Below the pieces are notes generated by a model. That model was given only the letters and a program-made list of their open reading frames with translations. It ran no database searches and was not told where the DNA came from. This document shows, in pieces, positions 1-10,347 of a stretch of DNA of 64,000 nucleotides. This stretch comes from an uncultured Gemmatimonadaceae bacterium. Its GTDB lineage: Bacteria > Gemmatimonadota > Gemmatimonadetes > Gemmatimonadales > Gemmatimonadaceae. The stretch is taken from positions 128,001 through 192,000 of the forward strand of contig CAWJMB010000003.1 in the NCBI GenBank assembly GCA_963843845.1, in the 5' to 3' direction. Position numbers and translations under genes: made by a program. The stretch's first letter is position 1, and each line of letters starts with the position of its first letter.

Positions 1-69
1 GTTGCGCCCGGGCGGACCTGCCGAACGACAGCAGGAGGATGGGAACGATCCATGACCGCGCTGTCGCTC

Positions 70-1551
70 TCATGGGTTCTCGGCTCTCCCGAACAGCAGG
101 TGCAGAAACGGCTTCGCCTCGGGCCGGCTGAACACGTAGACGTGGTCGCCGGGCTTCAGCACGGTACGTCCCTTCGGCGGGATCATCTCGCGGTCGCGGA
201 CGATGAGCACCGCCGACGCCCCCTGCGGAAAGCCGAGGTCGCGGAGCGCGACGTTCGCCGGCGCGATCGCCTCGTCGACGTAGAACGACAGCAGCTCGCC
301 GGTCATCTCCTGCATGCTCTCGACCTCGAGCACCGCGGCCGGCGGCGGCGGGTCGCCCGACTCGAGGCCGAGTCGGCGCGTGAGCCACGAGACCGTCGTG
401 CCGGGGAGGATCGCGTTCACGACGACGACGAAGAACACGACGTCGAACACGCGCGCCGCGCCGGGCGCGCCGTTCAGGACCGGATACGTCGCGAGAATGA
501 TCGGCACCGCGCCGCGCAGCCCGACCCAGCCGACGTACGCGACGTCCTTGCGCGCGTAGCCGCGGAACGGCAACAGACAGAGCACGACGGCGAGCGGCCG
601 CGCGATCACGGCGAGGAACAGCGCGAGCAGCAGCCCGGTCCCGGCGACCGACACGAGCCGCGACGGGACCACGAGCAGCCCCAACACGAGGAACATCGTG
701 ATCTGGCTCAGCCAGCCGAGCGCGTCGTGGACGCGGAGCAGGCCGTGTCGGAACGGCAGCCGCCCCTCACCGACCATCACGCCCGCGAGGTAGACCCCGA
801 GGAAGCCGCTGCCGTGCGCGATCGTCGGGAGGCCGAAGGCGAGGAACGCGACGCCCAACGTGAGCGCCGGATAGAGGCCGCCCGCGGGGAGGCGGATGCG
901 CGAGAGCATGGTGCGGGCGCCCCACCCGATCCCGAGCCCGATGGCGCTGCCGATGACGATCTCGCGGACGACCTCGACGGCGAGCATCCACCCGACCGGC
1001 GCCGACGGATCGAGCAGGTGACGCGTCGCCTCGATGGTCAGGATGAACGCCATCGGGTCGTTGAACCCCGACTCGACCTCGAGCGTCGCGCCGACGCGGT
1101 GCTTCAGGTGCAGCCCGCTCGAGCGCAGCACCGAGAACAGCGCCGCCGCGTCGGTGCTCGACACGATCGCGCCCAGCAGCAGCGCGTGCGGCCACGCGAA
1201 GCCGAGCACGTGCGCGCCTGCGGCGACGAGTCCCGCCGTGGCGACCACGCCGACCGTCGCGAGCACCCCCGCCGGTCCGAGGACGCGGCGCACCTCGGAC
1301 GACGGCGTGTTCAGCCCGCCGTCGAACAGAATGAGCGCGAGCGCGGTGCTCCCGAGCCGGAACGCGAAGTCGTAGCGCTCGAACGGCACGCCGCCGATCC
1401 CCTCGGCCCCCGTCAGCATGCCGATGCCGAGGAACACGAGCGTGAGCGGGACGGCGACGCGCCGCGACGCACGGCTGAACACCACGCTGATCACGAGCAG
1501 CGCGCCGAACGTCGCGAGCAGGATCGCGGTGGCGAGCGGTTCGAGACTCAT
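70..1551 (-). CDS. K+/H+ antiporter (CPA1, NhaP2/CvrA-like) with C-terminal TrkA-C domain
   Basis: 493 aa, many TM helices, motifs LILFDGGL, AIVSSTDAAA, LEVESGFNDPMA, GWVGLRGAVPIILA; C-terminal RCK-like domain. Confidence 0.92.
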   Translation of the reverse strand: MSLEPLATAILLATFGALLVISVVFSRASRRVAVPLTLVFLGIGMLTGAEGIGGVPFERYDFAFRLGSTALALILFDGGLNTPSSEVRRVLGPAGVLATVGVVATAGLVAAGAHVLGFAWPHALLLGAIVSSTDAAALFSVLRSSGLHLKHRVGATLEVESGFNDPMAFILTIEATRHLLDPSAPVGWMLAVEVVREIVIGSAIGLGIGWGARTMLSRIRLPAGGLYPALTLGVAFLAFGLPTIAHGSGFLGVYLAGVMVGEGRLPFRHGLLRVHDALGWLSQITMFLVLGLLVVPSRLVSVAGTGLLLALFLAVIARPLAVVLCLLPFRGYARKDVAYVGWVGLRGAVPIILATYPVLNGAPGAARVFDVVFFVVVVNAILPGTTVSWLTRRLGLESGDPPPPAAVLEVESMQEMTGELLSFYVDEAIAPANVALRDLGFPQGASAVLIVRDREMIPPKGRTVLKPGDHVYVFSRPEAKPFLHLLFGRAENP

Positions 1552-1623
1552 CGGCGTCTCACGCGCTCGTGACCGCGCGCGGACGGCGCGCGGCGTCAGG
1601 CACCGTTCCGTCCGGCCGTCTCG

Positions 1624-2772
1624 TCAGGCACGTGTGATCTCCGTCGTCGCGCCACGCCGCAGCTCGACCACCGCGACTTCGGGCGGCGTCCCGAGGCGGA
1701 ACGGAATTCCCCAGAAGTTGGAGCCGGGGTGGACGTAGAGCGCGGCGTCGCCGTCGACGTAGCCGCCCATCGGATGCCTGTTGAACGGCGACGCGAGGCT
1801 CCAGCCGAGCCGCGGGATCGCGAGCTGTCCCCAGTGCGTGTGGCCGCTCAGCGTGAGCCGAACGCCGCGCCGCGCGAGCGACGGCCAGAGCACGGGGTTG
1901 TGGGCGAGCGCGATGACGAACGCGTTCGCCGGCACGCCATCGAACGCCTCGTCGAGCTCGGGTCCGCCGAACGCCGTGCCGCGCCGCCCTCCTGCCGGGT
2001 CGCCGGTTCCCAGCAGCACGAGCCGCGCGCCGTCGCGCTCGATGGGCCGCCACGCGTTCACGAGCACCGTGAGTGGCAGCGCCTCGAGTCGCTCGCGGAC
2101 CGCCGGCCAGCCGGCGTACACGTCGTGATTCCCGGGAACGGCGAAGGTGCCGAACGGCGCCGAGAGCGCGCCGAGTGCGCGCGCGTAGCACGGAACGTCG
2201 CCGGCGTGATCGTCGACGAGATCGCCGGTGACGACGATCAGGTCGGGGCGCGCCGCCGCGGCGAGCGCCGCGATGCGCGCGAGGTGCCGGCGCGACGTCT
2301 GCGGCCCGACGTGCGTGTCCGAGATCTGCACGATGCGCAGTCCGTCGAACGCCGGCGGCAGGTCGGGCAGTCGCACGGTCACGTGGGTGCGCGTGAGCCG
2401 CCGCGAGCCGAAGAACCCGAGCAGCGCGAACACGACGTACAGCACCGCCACGACCGCGAGCGACCAGCGCCCGACACGTCCCGCGCGCCCCACGACGGCG
2501 CCGCCGATGCCGCCGAGCAGCCCGGCGATCGCGAGCAGCGGCAGCGCGAGCTGCGCGTAGACGAACGGCCGCAGCACGAGCAGCCGCGACAGCGCGCCCG
2601 GCGTCCGCCCGCCGCCGCGGCCGTGCACGATGACGGCGATCGGCGCGGTCGTGAGCGCGACGAGTCCGAGCACGCCGAGCCACCCGCCGACGATGACCGG
2701 CGCGAGCAGCGTCCCGACGATGCTCCACCAGAGCGCGAGCCAGAGCGCGACGAACCACAGGAACCTCGGCAT
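1624..2772 (-). CDS. Membrane-anchored metallophosphoesterase (YkuE-like)
   Basis: N-terminal TM segments, then ISDTH, TGDLVD, GNHD, LAHNP, LSGHTHWGQ motifs. Confidence 0.9.
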   Translation of the reverse strand: MPRFLWFVALWLALWWSIVGTLLAPVIVGGWLGVLGLVALTTAPIAVIVHGRGGGRTPGALSRLLVLRPFVYAQLALPLLAIAGLLGGIGGAVVGRAGRVGRWSLAVVAVLYVVFALLGFFGSRRLTRTHVTVRLPDLPPAFDGLRIVQISDTHVGPQTSRRHLARIAALAAAARPDLIVVTGDLVDDHAGDVPCYARALGALSAPFGTFAVPGNHDVYAGWPAVRERLEALPLTVLVNAWRPIERDGARLVLLGTGDPAGGRRGTAFGGPELDEAFDGVPANAFVIALAHNPVLWPSLARRGVRLTLSGHTHWGQLAIPRLGWSLASPFNRHPMGGYVDGDAALYVHPGSNFWGIPFRLGTPPEVAVVELRRGATTEITRA

Positions 2773-2808
2773 GCCGCATCATAACGGCGTCGCGGCTACA
2801 CTCCGGGG

Positions 2809-3592
2809 ATGACCGAGGCTCGAACGCCGCCCGCCGCGCTCGCCGCGCGCGACGTCGCCCACGCGTATGGCGACGGCCCCGGCGCGGAGTCCGCGCTCGA
2901 CGGCGTGACGCTGCACGTCGCCGGCGGCACCGCGTGCGCGCTCGTCGGCGAGAGCGGTTCGGGAAAGACGACGCTGCTCCGCTGCTTCAACCGCATGGTC
3001 GAGCCGGCGCGTGGCACGATCGCGGTCGGCGGCGTCGACGTGCGCGACACGCCGGCCGTCGCGCTCCGCCGCCGCGTCGGGTACGTGCCGCAGCACGGCG
3101 GGCTGTTGCCGCACTGGACGGTCGCCCGCAACGTCGCGCTCGTGCCGACGCTGCTCGCGCTGCCGAACGCGCGCGAGCTCGCGGCCGACGCCCTGGCGCT
3201 GGTCGGGCTCCCGGTCGAGCGCTTCGGCGCGCGCTTTCCGCACGCGCTCTCCGGCGGGCAGCGACAGCGCGTCGCGCTCGCCCGCGCGCTCGCCGCGCGT
3301 CCCGGCGTGATTCTGCTCGACGAGCCGTTCGGCGCGCTCGACGCGATCACGCGCGGCCGACCTGCAGTCCGCGTTCGCCGACGTGCGGCGCTCGGTCGGC
3401 GTGACGACGCTGCTCGTGACGCACGACCTCGCGGAGGCGGCGCGGCTCGCCGACACGGTGGCGGTCATGCGCGCCGGGCGCATCGAGCAGTGCGCGCCGT
3501 TCGCGACGCTGCGTGACGCGCCGGCGACCGAGTACGTCGCGACGCTGCTCGCGCGCGTGGACGCCGGCGCCCGGGCGCTGCGCTCGGCGTGA
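2809..3592 (+). CDS. Osmoprotectant (glycine betaine/choline) ABC transporter ATP-binding subunit, frameshift near 3355
   Basis: Walker [28 protein letters not shown]; continues in another frame ([10 protein letters not shown]) in ORF 3383-3592. Confidence 0.85.
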
Positions 3593-5210
3593 CCATGCGG
3601 CCGATACGGTGGAGGGCACTCGCGCTGGGTGCCGCGTCGAGTGCCGCGCTCGCCGTCGGCTCGGCGCGCTGCGCAGGCGCCGACCGCGACAGCGGGCTCA
3701 CGCGACCGACGCGCCGGTCGTCGTCGCGTCGAAGCCGTTCGGCGAGTCGTACCTGCTCTGCGAGCTGTTCGCGCAGCTGCTCGAGTCGCGCGGACTCGCG
3801 TGTCGTGCGGCGCCCCGGACTCGGCGCCACGGAGGTCGCGTTCGGCGCCGTCCGCCGCGAACGCGGTCGACGTCTACCCCGAATACACGGGCACCGGACT
3901 GCTCGCCGTGCTGCACGACTCGCTCGCCGGCGTCGCGGCGCGCGACCCGCGCGCCGTCTACGCGCACGTCGCGCGCGGCATCGGTGCGGCGCTGGGGCGT
4001 GCGGTGGCTCCGCCGCTCGGCTTCCAGAACACGTATGCCGATCGCCGTGCGGCGCGCGACGGCGGACAGCCTGCGACTCCGCACGCTGAGCGACCTCGCG
4101 CGCGCGGCGGCCGCGACTCCGCGCCGGGCTCACCGCCGATTTCATCGGCCGCCCCGACGGCCTGCCGGGACTCGCGCGGCGCCTACGGACGTGCGCTTCG
4201 CGCGACGTGCGCCCGCTCGCGCCGGCCGTGAAGTACCAGGCGCTCGCGACCGGGCGCGGTCGACGTGATCGACGGCTACTCGACCGACGGCCTGCTCGCG
4301 CGGTACGACCTCGTCGCGCTGGTCGACGACCGGCGCTTCTTCCCTCCGTACGAAGCCGCGGCCGTGCTCTCGCCGCGCGCGCGCGTCGCGGGCCGACGTC
4401 GTCGCGACGCTCGCGCTGCTGAGCGGCCGGCTCGACGAGGCGCGCGATGCGCGCGCTCAACCGCCGTGTCGAGGTCGACGGCGAGGACGTGGCCCGCGTC
4501 GCGGCGTCCGTGCTGCGACTCGCTCGGCCTCACGTCGCGAGCGGCCGACGCCACGCGTGACGTCGTCGCTCCCCGCCGCGTCGCTCCCGGTCCTATCTCT
4601 GGCAGCGCCGCGCGACGATCGCCGCGCTCACGCTGCGGCACCTCGCGCTCGTCGGTACGGCGCTCGCCCTCGCGGCGATCGTCGCGATTCCGCTCGGCCT
4701 CGTTCCTCGAGCGCGCGCGGCGCGCGGCCGGTCTCGTCCTCGGCACGTTAGGCGTCGTCGAGACGCTGCCGAGCATCGCGCTGCTCGCGTTCATGCTGCC
4801 GCTCCTCGGCGTCGGCGTGCTGCCGGCGCTCGTGGCGCTCTGGCTCTACGCGCTCTACCCGATCGCGCGCGGCACCTACACCGGCGTGCGCGACGCCGAC
4901 CCCGCGGCCGTCGAGGCGGCGGAAGCGTTAGGCATGACGGCGCGGCAGCGACTGCTGCAGGTACGGCTGCCGCTCGCCGCGCCGGTCGATCATGGCCGGC
5001 GTGCGCACCGCCGCCGTCATCACGGTCGGCGCGGCGACGCTGGCCGCGTTCATCGGCGCCGGCGGACTCGGCGAGCCGATCGTCGCGGGGCTCGCGCTCG
5101 CCGACGCGCGCATGGTACTGTCGGGCGCGTTGCCGGCGGCGGCGCTCGCGCTCGTGGTCGACGGCGTGCTGGCGCTCGTCGAGCGCGCGGTGCGCCCGCG
5201 GCACGTCTGA
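3589..5210 (+). CDS. Osmoprotectant ABC transporter substrate-binding plus permease fusion, multiple frameshifts
   Basis: Fragments in successive frames: VVASKPFGESYLL, DVYPEYTGTGL, GYSTDGLLARYDLVALVDDRRFFPPYEA, TLPSIALLAFM, EAA loop EAAEALGMT, AAFIGAGGLG. Confidence 0.8.
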
Positions 5211-5302
5211 GTCCGTCACCCGCGTCCCGTCGCGTCTCTCGCCGACGGCGCAGGAGCTCGCGATACTGCGCCGCGCGCGCTCACCCTCGTTGGAGCCGTC
5301 CG

Positions 5303-6298
5303 ATGATCCCGATGAACTACACGCAGTGGCTGGGCATCCGGAAAAAGGCGACCGGCGTGAACGACAAGGCGTCGGTCGAGACGTTCTTCACGAAGTACGT
5401 GCTCGCCGAGGTCGGCGCCGTCAAAGTCATACCCGGCGCGGCGCGCCCCGACGCGCTCGAGAAGGAGTGGTGGACGCTGCTCGCCGACATGGGCGAGGCA
5501 GGGAGCGTCTTCAAGACGGCGTACCAATCGAAGAACTGGGCGGCCGCAGGCACCGCGCTCGACGTGCTCGTCGCGAAGCTGAACGGCATGCGGTCGAAGA
5601 CGCTCGAGGGCGGGTTCCTCGACGACAAGTCGAAGGTCGCGCGCTACGACGCGGAGGGCGTCGCCGGCCGCGGGTGGAACGACGCGCTGCACGCCGTGGC
5701 CGGCATGGACGCGATGGTGATCGCGAGCAGGATCGCCGCGACGAAGACGCCCGCCATCGCAGGGGTGCCAGCGATTCCCACGGTGTGTTGGAGTGTGTTC
5801 AAGGCGGCCGCACCGCTGTCGCTGATCCGGCTCATTCGCGACATCCGGAACACGCACCGGCTCCAGATTGTCCTCGATACGCGGACGGACGGCCAGCGGC
5901 ACGTGAAGGCCGACAACCCGAAGCAGCCGGCGTCGCTGCGCAGCTGGCACATGAACGACCAGGGCGCGCTCCCGATCCGCACCGGGCTCCCCGCCGCGCC
6001 GCCGCCGCCCGCCCCCGCGCCCGCGGTGTCGCCGCTGCACGCGCACCTCACGGCCACCGCGACCGGCCCATTCAACAACAAGAAGGTCACGAGCCCGATC
6101 GGCTACGCCGAGTACACGGGCACCGGCATCATCCGGGACATGCACAACAGCAAGATCGTGCTCGACTACGTGAGCGGCGACGTGTACCTGACCGTGACTC
6201 ACTACCAGCGCTGGGACAAGCGCGGGAGCGAGTACAGGATCCGCGACAAGGAGTCGGGCGAGCGCAGCGCCTGGTTCTACATCGACTTCACGACCTGA
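5303..6298 (+). CDS. Hypothetical protein (331 aa) with C-terminal microbial ribonuclease (RNase Sa/barnase)-like motif
   Basis: GGAG RBS before ATG 5303; C-terminus GYAEYTG...KIVLDYVSGDVYLTVTHYQRW resembles the EYT...RI...YYTxDHY pattern. Confidence 0.6.
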   Translation: MIPMNYTQWLGIRKKATGVNDKASVETFFTKYVLAEVGAVKVIPGAARPDALEKEWWTLLADMGEAGSVFKTAYQSKNWAAAGTALDVLVAKLNGMRSKTLEGGFLDDKSKVARYDAEGVAGRGWNDALHAVAGMDAMVIASRIAATKTPAIAGVPAIPTVCWSVFKAAAPLSLIRLIRDIRNTHRLQIVLDTRTDGQRHVKADNPKQPASLRSWHMNDQGALPIRTGLPAAPPPPAPAPAVSPLHAHLTATATGPFNNKKVTSPIGYAEYTGTGIIRDMHNSKIVLDYVSGDVYLTVTHYQRWDKRGSEYRIRDKESGERSAWFYIDFTT

Positions 6299-8307
6299 TC
6301 GTCACCTTCATCGCGATCGTCCCCGGCCGCGCGGTACCACCAGCCGACGCCTAACAGAAAGACGCCGACGAGCAGGTAGCTCCCCACGCGCAGCCCGACC
6401 GACGCGAGCTGCGACGCCTGCGCGAATGCCTTGAACGCCGCGTACAGCGCGAGTGCGAGCCCCGCCTGCCGCGCCGCCGCGACGCGCCGCGCGCGGCCGA
6501 CCTGGATCGCGACGAGGCCGACCGCCGCGAAGTAGCCGACGAGCAGGAACGTCGCGACCTCGGCCGATCCGGCGCGCGCGAGCTCCTCGCGCCCCCACCC
6601 GACCGCCGCGGCGGCGGCAGTTGCAACGAGCGCGCTCCGCTCGCCGCGCGAGAGCGCCGGCACGTCCTCGCGCGGCGTCGAGCGACGGGCCGCCTGCCGC
6701 GCGCACCACGCGAGCGCCACCCACGCCGCCACCGCGCACGCCGCGCCGAGCGACTCGCGCGTGAGGAACGGCGTGTACGCGTACGCCGCGCGCTCGCTCA
6801 ACGTCACGTACGCCGCGGCGCTCGCCGCGACGGCGACGAGCAGGGGGGCGACCATCGCGACGCGGCGGCGAACGCGCGTGAACACCCCGGCGAACAGCGC
6901 CACGTGCGCCGCGAGCGCGACGACGAGCGCGACCGGCATCGTGCGCGACAGAATCGCGACGCCGAGCGCGCTCGCGAATCCGACGACGGTGACGTGCGCA
7001 CCGAGCAGCATGTCGTCGGGATCGCGTGTCGGCGTTGGGGCGGCCGCGCGTCGCGCGCGCAGCGCGTGCGAGACGAGTCCGGCGCTCAGCGCGAGCGCGG
7101 CCCACGCCGCGCAGACCGCCGCGCCGAGCGTCGACGCAGGCTCCGCGAGCGTCAGCAGCGCGGCGACGAGCGACAGCAGCGGTAGCAGCAACGCCGTCGC
7201 CTGCGCTCGGCGGTCGGGCGCCACGCGGAGCAGCGCCGCGTACGCGACGACCGTCGTCACGGCGGCGACGAGCGCCAGGCGCGGCACCCCGTTCGTCGCG
7301 TCGAGCGCGAGCGCCATCACGGCGCCGGTCGTCGTCGTCGCGTGCGCGATCGAGAGCCACCCCGCGGCCACGGGCCCGCCGGTGACGAGCGCGCCGACGG
7401 CTGCCGCGAGCGCGAACAGGGCCGGCACCTGCGCGTCGAGCGGGCGCGTCGCACTCGCCGCCGCGGCCAGCATCGAGCCGGCGTAGAGACTGCCGGCGAT
7501 GCCCAACATGCGTCCGGCGAACGTCCACCGTTCGGCGCGCGGGAGGGCGAGCGCGCCGCTCGTCAGCACGAGCCAGCCATAGATCGGCAGGACGAACGGG
7601 TGTCCGGGGCCCGCGCTCGTCACGAATGGCGCGACGAGCGCCCCACCCACGCCCACCACGAACAGCGGCTGGTCGCGCTCCCGCCATGCGAGCAGGGCGA
7701 GCGCGCCGGAGGCCGCCGCGGCGATGCCCAACGCGACGCTGGGCGCGATGAGACCGAGGTAGGGACCGGCGCCCCACGCGTCGACGTGCACGATCGCGAG
7801 TGCGAGCGCGAGCAGCACGTCGCCGTAGCGCCGTCCGCCTGCCGCGCTGCGCATACCTCCCGGGAGCGCATCCGCCCCCGCCGCTCGCGTCCGGATGCGC
7901 CACCCGAGCCCGCCGAGCGTGAGCGCCGCCGCGAGCCCGAGCCCGACCCGCGCTTCGGGGCCGATCGTGACGTACTCGATCGCCCACGTGAGCAGCGCGC
8001 CCACCCCGGCGAGGATGAGCAGCGCCGCGACGGCGACCGTGCCGTACCGCCCGACGAGCGCCTCGACGTCCCGCCGACCCCGCGGGATCGCGCCGAGCCC
8101 GAGGGCCTGCGCCTGACCCGTCAGCCACGCCCCCACCGCACGCGGCGGACGTGCGTGCGGCGACCGCGGCGCCTGCGGCGGCACCGGCGCGTGCGGCGAC
8201 CGCGGCCACGCGTCGGGTCCGTCGCGCTCGGCACGGAGCGCCGCGAGCTCGGCGCGGAGCTCGGCGACGGCCGCTTCGAGCCGGACGAGGCGATCGTCGT
8301 CAGTCAC
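6277..8307 (-). CDS. DUF2339-like polytopic membrane protein
   Basis: GTG start, coiled-coil N-terminus (RLVRLEAAVAEL), Pro linker, EALVGRYG, then many TM helices ending RVGSYLLVGVFLLGVGWWY. Confidence 0.75.
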   Translation of the reverse strand: MTDDDRLVRLEAAVAELRAELAALRAERDGPDAWPRSPHAPVPPQAPRSPHARPPRAVGAWLTGQAQALGLGAIPRGRRDVEALVGRYGTVAVAALLILAGVGALLTWAIEYVTIGPEARVGLGLAAALTLGGLGWRIRTRAAGADALPGGMRSAAGGRRYGDVLLALALAIVHVDAWGAGPYLGLIAPSVALGIAAAASGALALLAWRERDQPLFVVGVGGALVAPFVTSAGPGHPFVLPIYGWLVLTSGALALPRAERWTFAGRMLGIAGSLYAGSMLAAAASATRPLDAQVPALFALAAAVGALVTGGPVAAGWLSIAHATTTTGAVMALALDATNGVPRLALVAAVTTVVAYAALLRVAPDRRAQATALLLPLLSLVAALLTLAEPASTLGAAVCAAWAALALSAGLVSHALRARRAAAPTPTRDPDDMLLGAHVTVVGFASALGVAILSRTMPVALVVALAAHVALFAGVFTRVRRRVAMVAPLLVAVAASAAAYVTLSERAAYAYTPFLTRESLGAACAVAAWVALAWCARQAARRSTPREDVPALSRGERSALVATAAAAAVGWGREELARAGSAEVATFLLVGYFAAVGLVAIQVGRARRVAAARQAGLALALYAAFKAFAQASQLASVGLRVGSYLLVGVFLLGVGWWYRAAGDDRDEGDDQVVKSM

Positions 8308-8552
8308 TCTGCCGTGCGACGAATGACCGGCTAGCCTGCGCTCGGAGACGTCTCCCGCCGCCCGGACTCGTCGAAGGCGTGATCCGCCTCGACGATCGTC
8401 TCCGTCCGTGTCGATCCCGGCATGGTGGTGTCTCCGAGGACGTGCATGCGGCGCGGTCGTGCGAAACGTATCGATCCGCGCGTCCGCCGGTCCGCGAGGC
8501 GCGTCGCCCGGGCGAGCGATCTCGCGGATCGATCCCCCGACCCGCGACGGCG

Positions 8553-9293
8553 TCAGCTCGTCCCATCGCGCTCGATCGGGTACGTCGCGCGCGGATCGGT
8601 CACCCCGCACGCGACCTCGCGATCCGCCGCGATCGCTCCGTCGCGGGCCGGCGCCGCCACCGGCGCCGCCAGTTGCGCCGCCGCCGGCGCCGCCGCCGCG
8701 GGTGCCGGTCGCCGGGCGCCGAAGGCGCGCAGCCCCCACTGCGTGACGGGGCCGATCGTGACCGCGTACAGCACGGTCCCCGCCCCCACCCGCGCGCCCA
8801 TGAGCCAGCCGAGCAGGAGGACGACGAGCTCGATACTCGTGCGGACCCGGCCGACCGACACCCCCGTGCGCTCGCTGACCTCGAGCATCAGCCCGTCGCG
8901 CGGCCCCTTGCCCAGCCCGGCGCCGATGTAGCACCCCGTCGCCGCCCCGATCAGCACGATGCCGGCGGCGTGGTACGGCAGCGCCGTCCACCCCGCAGCG
9001 CCCGGCACTGCGGGGAGGAACAGATCGATGAAGACGCCGACGAGCACCATGTTGGCGGCCGTGCCCGGCCCCGGCCGGAGGCCGGCGCACCACGTCGCGC
9101 CGACGATCGCGATGCCGACGCCGATGCTCGCGGTGCCGACGCTGACTCCGGCGATCCGCGCGAGCCCCACGTGAAAGGCGTCCCACGGCCCGAGCCCGAG
9201 GCCGCTCCGGATCATGAGCACCGCGGCGAACGCGTAGAGCGCGAGTCCTACCAGCAGCTGCGCCCAGCGCGCCGCGGCGAGCAGATCGATCAC
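8553..9293 (-). CDS. YczE/YitT-family membrane protein
   Basis: GLGLGPWDAFHVGL, PGPGT, GLGKGPRDGLM, VGAGTVLYA motifs. Confidence 0.85.
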   Translation of the reverse strand: MIDLLAAARWAQLLVGLALYAFAAVLMIRSGLGLGPWDAFHVGLARIAGVSVGTASIGVGIAIVGATWCAGLRPGPGTAANMVLVGVFIDLFLPAVPGAAGWTALPYHAAGIVLIGAATGCYIGAGLGKGPRDGLMLEVSERTGVSVGRVRTSIELVVLLLGWLMGARVGAGTVLYAVTIGPVTQWGLRAFGARRPAPAAAAPAAAQLAAPVAAPARDGAIAADREVACGVTDPRATYPIERDGTS

Positions 9294-9488
9294 TGCCGGA
9301 TTCCTGCGTGCGACATCGGGATGTTCGAGGAGTCGGGCACGTCTCGTTCGCGCGGGGTCGACGTCCCGCATCGGAGGCGCGCGGACGTGTGCGGTCGGGC
9401 ACGACGGCCGGCAGGATGCCGACGACGGCGTGGATGCGCCAGTACGTTATCGTCCGACGACCGCCGAGACGTTCCCGCGAGGTGCGCA

Positions 9489-9540
9489 CGAGACGCGCGC
9501 ACGAGACGCGCGCCCGAGACGCTCGCCCGAGACGCTCGCC
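9489..9540. repeat. 13-bp tandem repeat CGAGACGC(G/T)CGC(A/C) x4
   Basis: Four adjacent units in the divergent intergenic region. Confidence 0.8.
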
Positions 9541-9573
9541 GCTCGGCGTGTCACCGCTTCCTCCGTTCCGCGC

Positions 9574-10293
9574 ATGCGCCTCCGTCGCACGATCGTCCTC
9601 GTCGGCTTCCTCTCGACGTCGACCCACGCCGCACGTGCCCAGGGTCCGGCGCGTCGTCCGGCCGCCGTGCCGGCGTCGGCTGCCCCGGCGCCGGTCGCCC
9701 CCCCGGATCCGGCGCTGCACCGAGCGCTGTACTGGCCGACCGACGCCGTCTGGGCGACGCGTGCCCCGGACTCGGTCCTCGTCGACATCGCCACCACCCG
9801 CGGCCCGATCACGGTGCTGCTGCGTCGCGCGTGGGCGCCGCACGGAGTCGACCGCGTCTACAACCTCGCCCGCGCCGGCTACTTCGACGACTCGCGCGTC
9901 TACCGCGTCGTCAGCGGCTTCGTCGCGCAGTTCGGCCTCGCCGGCGACCCGGCGATCGCGGGCGTGTGGGCGCGGCAGACCCTGCCGCCGGACCGACGCC
10001 GTACGTCGAACGCCCGCGGTACCGTCAGCTTCGCCCAGGGCGCGCCCGACGACCGCACGACGAGCCTCTTCATCAACCTGAGCGACAACGCGCGGCTCGA
10101 TACGCTCGGCTTCGCGCCGATCGGGCGCGTCGTCCGGGGAATGGCGGTCGCCGACCGCCTCTACGCGGGCTACGGCGAGCGGCCGATGGCGGCCGCCACC
10201 ACGGCGCGGCTGTACCGGGAGGCGAACGCGTTCCTGGACGCGAAGTACCCGAAGCTCGATCGCATCCGGCGCGTCACCGTCCGCGTGCCGTGA
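9574..10293 (+). CDS. Secreted cyclophilin-type peptidyl-prolyl isomerase
   Basis: Signal peptide; WAPHGVDR, YRVVSGFVAQFG, SNARGTVSFA, RTTSLFINL, FAPIGRVV. Confidence 0.9.
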   Translation: MRLRRTIVLVGFLSTSTHAARAQGPARRPAAVPASAAPAPVAPPDPALHRALYWPTDAVWATRAPDSVLVDIATTRGPITVLLRRAWAPHGVDRVYNLARAGYFDDSRVYRVVSGFVAQFGLAGDPAIAGVWARQTLPPDRRRTSNARGTVSFAQGAPDDRTTSLFINLSDNARLDTLGFAPIGRVVRGMAVADRLYAGYGERPMAAATTARLYREANAFLDAKYPKLDRIRRVTVRVP

Positions 10294-10347
10294 GCCGATC
10301 CGCCCGGTCTCGGACCGCTCTCCCCGCGAGCCTCCAGTGAACGACGC

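Noticed and set aside
52..1572. Numerous long Arg/Ala-rich antisense ORFs (e.g. 52-1572, 28546-30768, 37462-39615)
   Set aside because: Shadow ORFs of real genes in high-GC DNA with no recognisable motifs
4265..6298. Fusion of ABC permease with the RNase-like protein (677-aa ORF)
   Set aside because: The permease ends in another frame at 5210 and the downstream gene has its own RBS and ATG at 5303; the join results from frameshifts
9489..9540. CRISPR array (also considered 23826-23945 and 31161-31202)
   Set aside because: Units are 11-13 bp, adjacent, without unique spacers, and no cas genes are present
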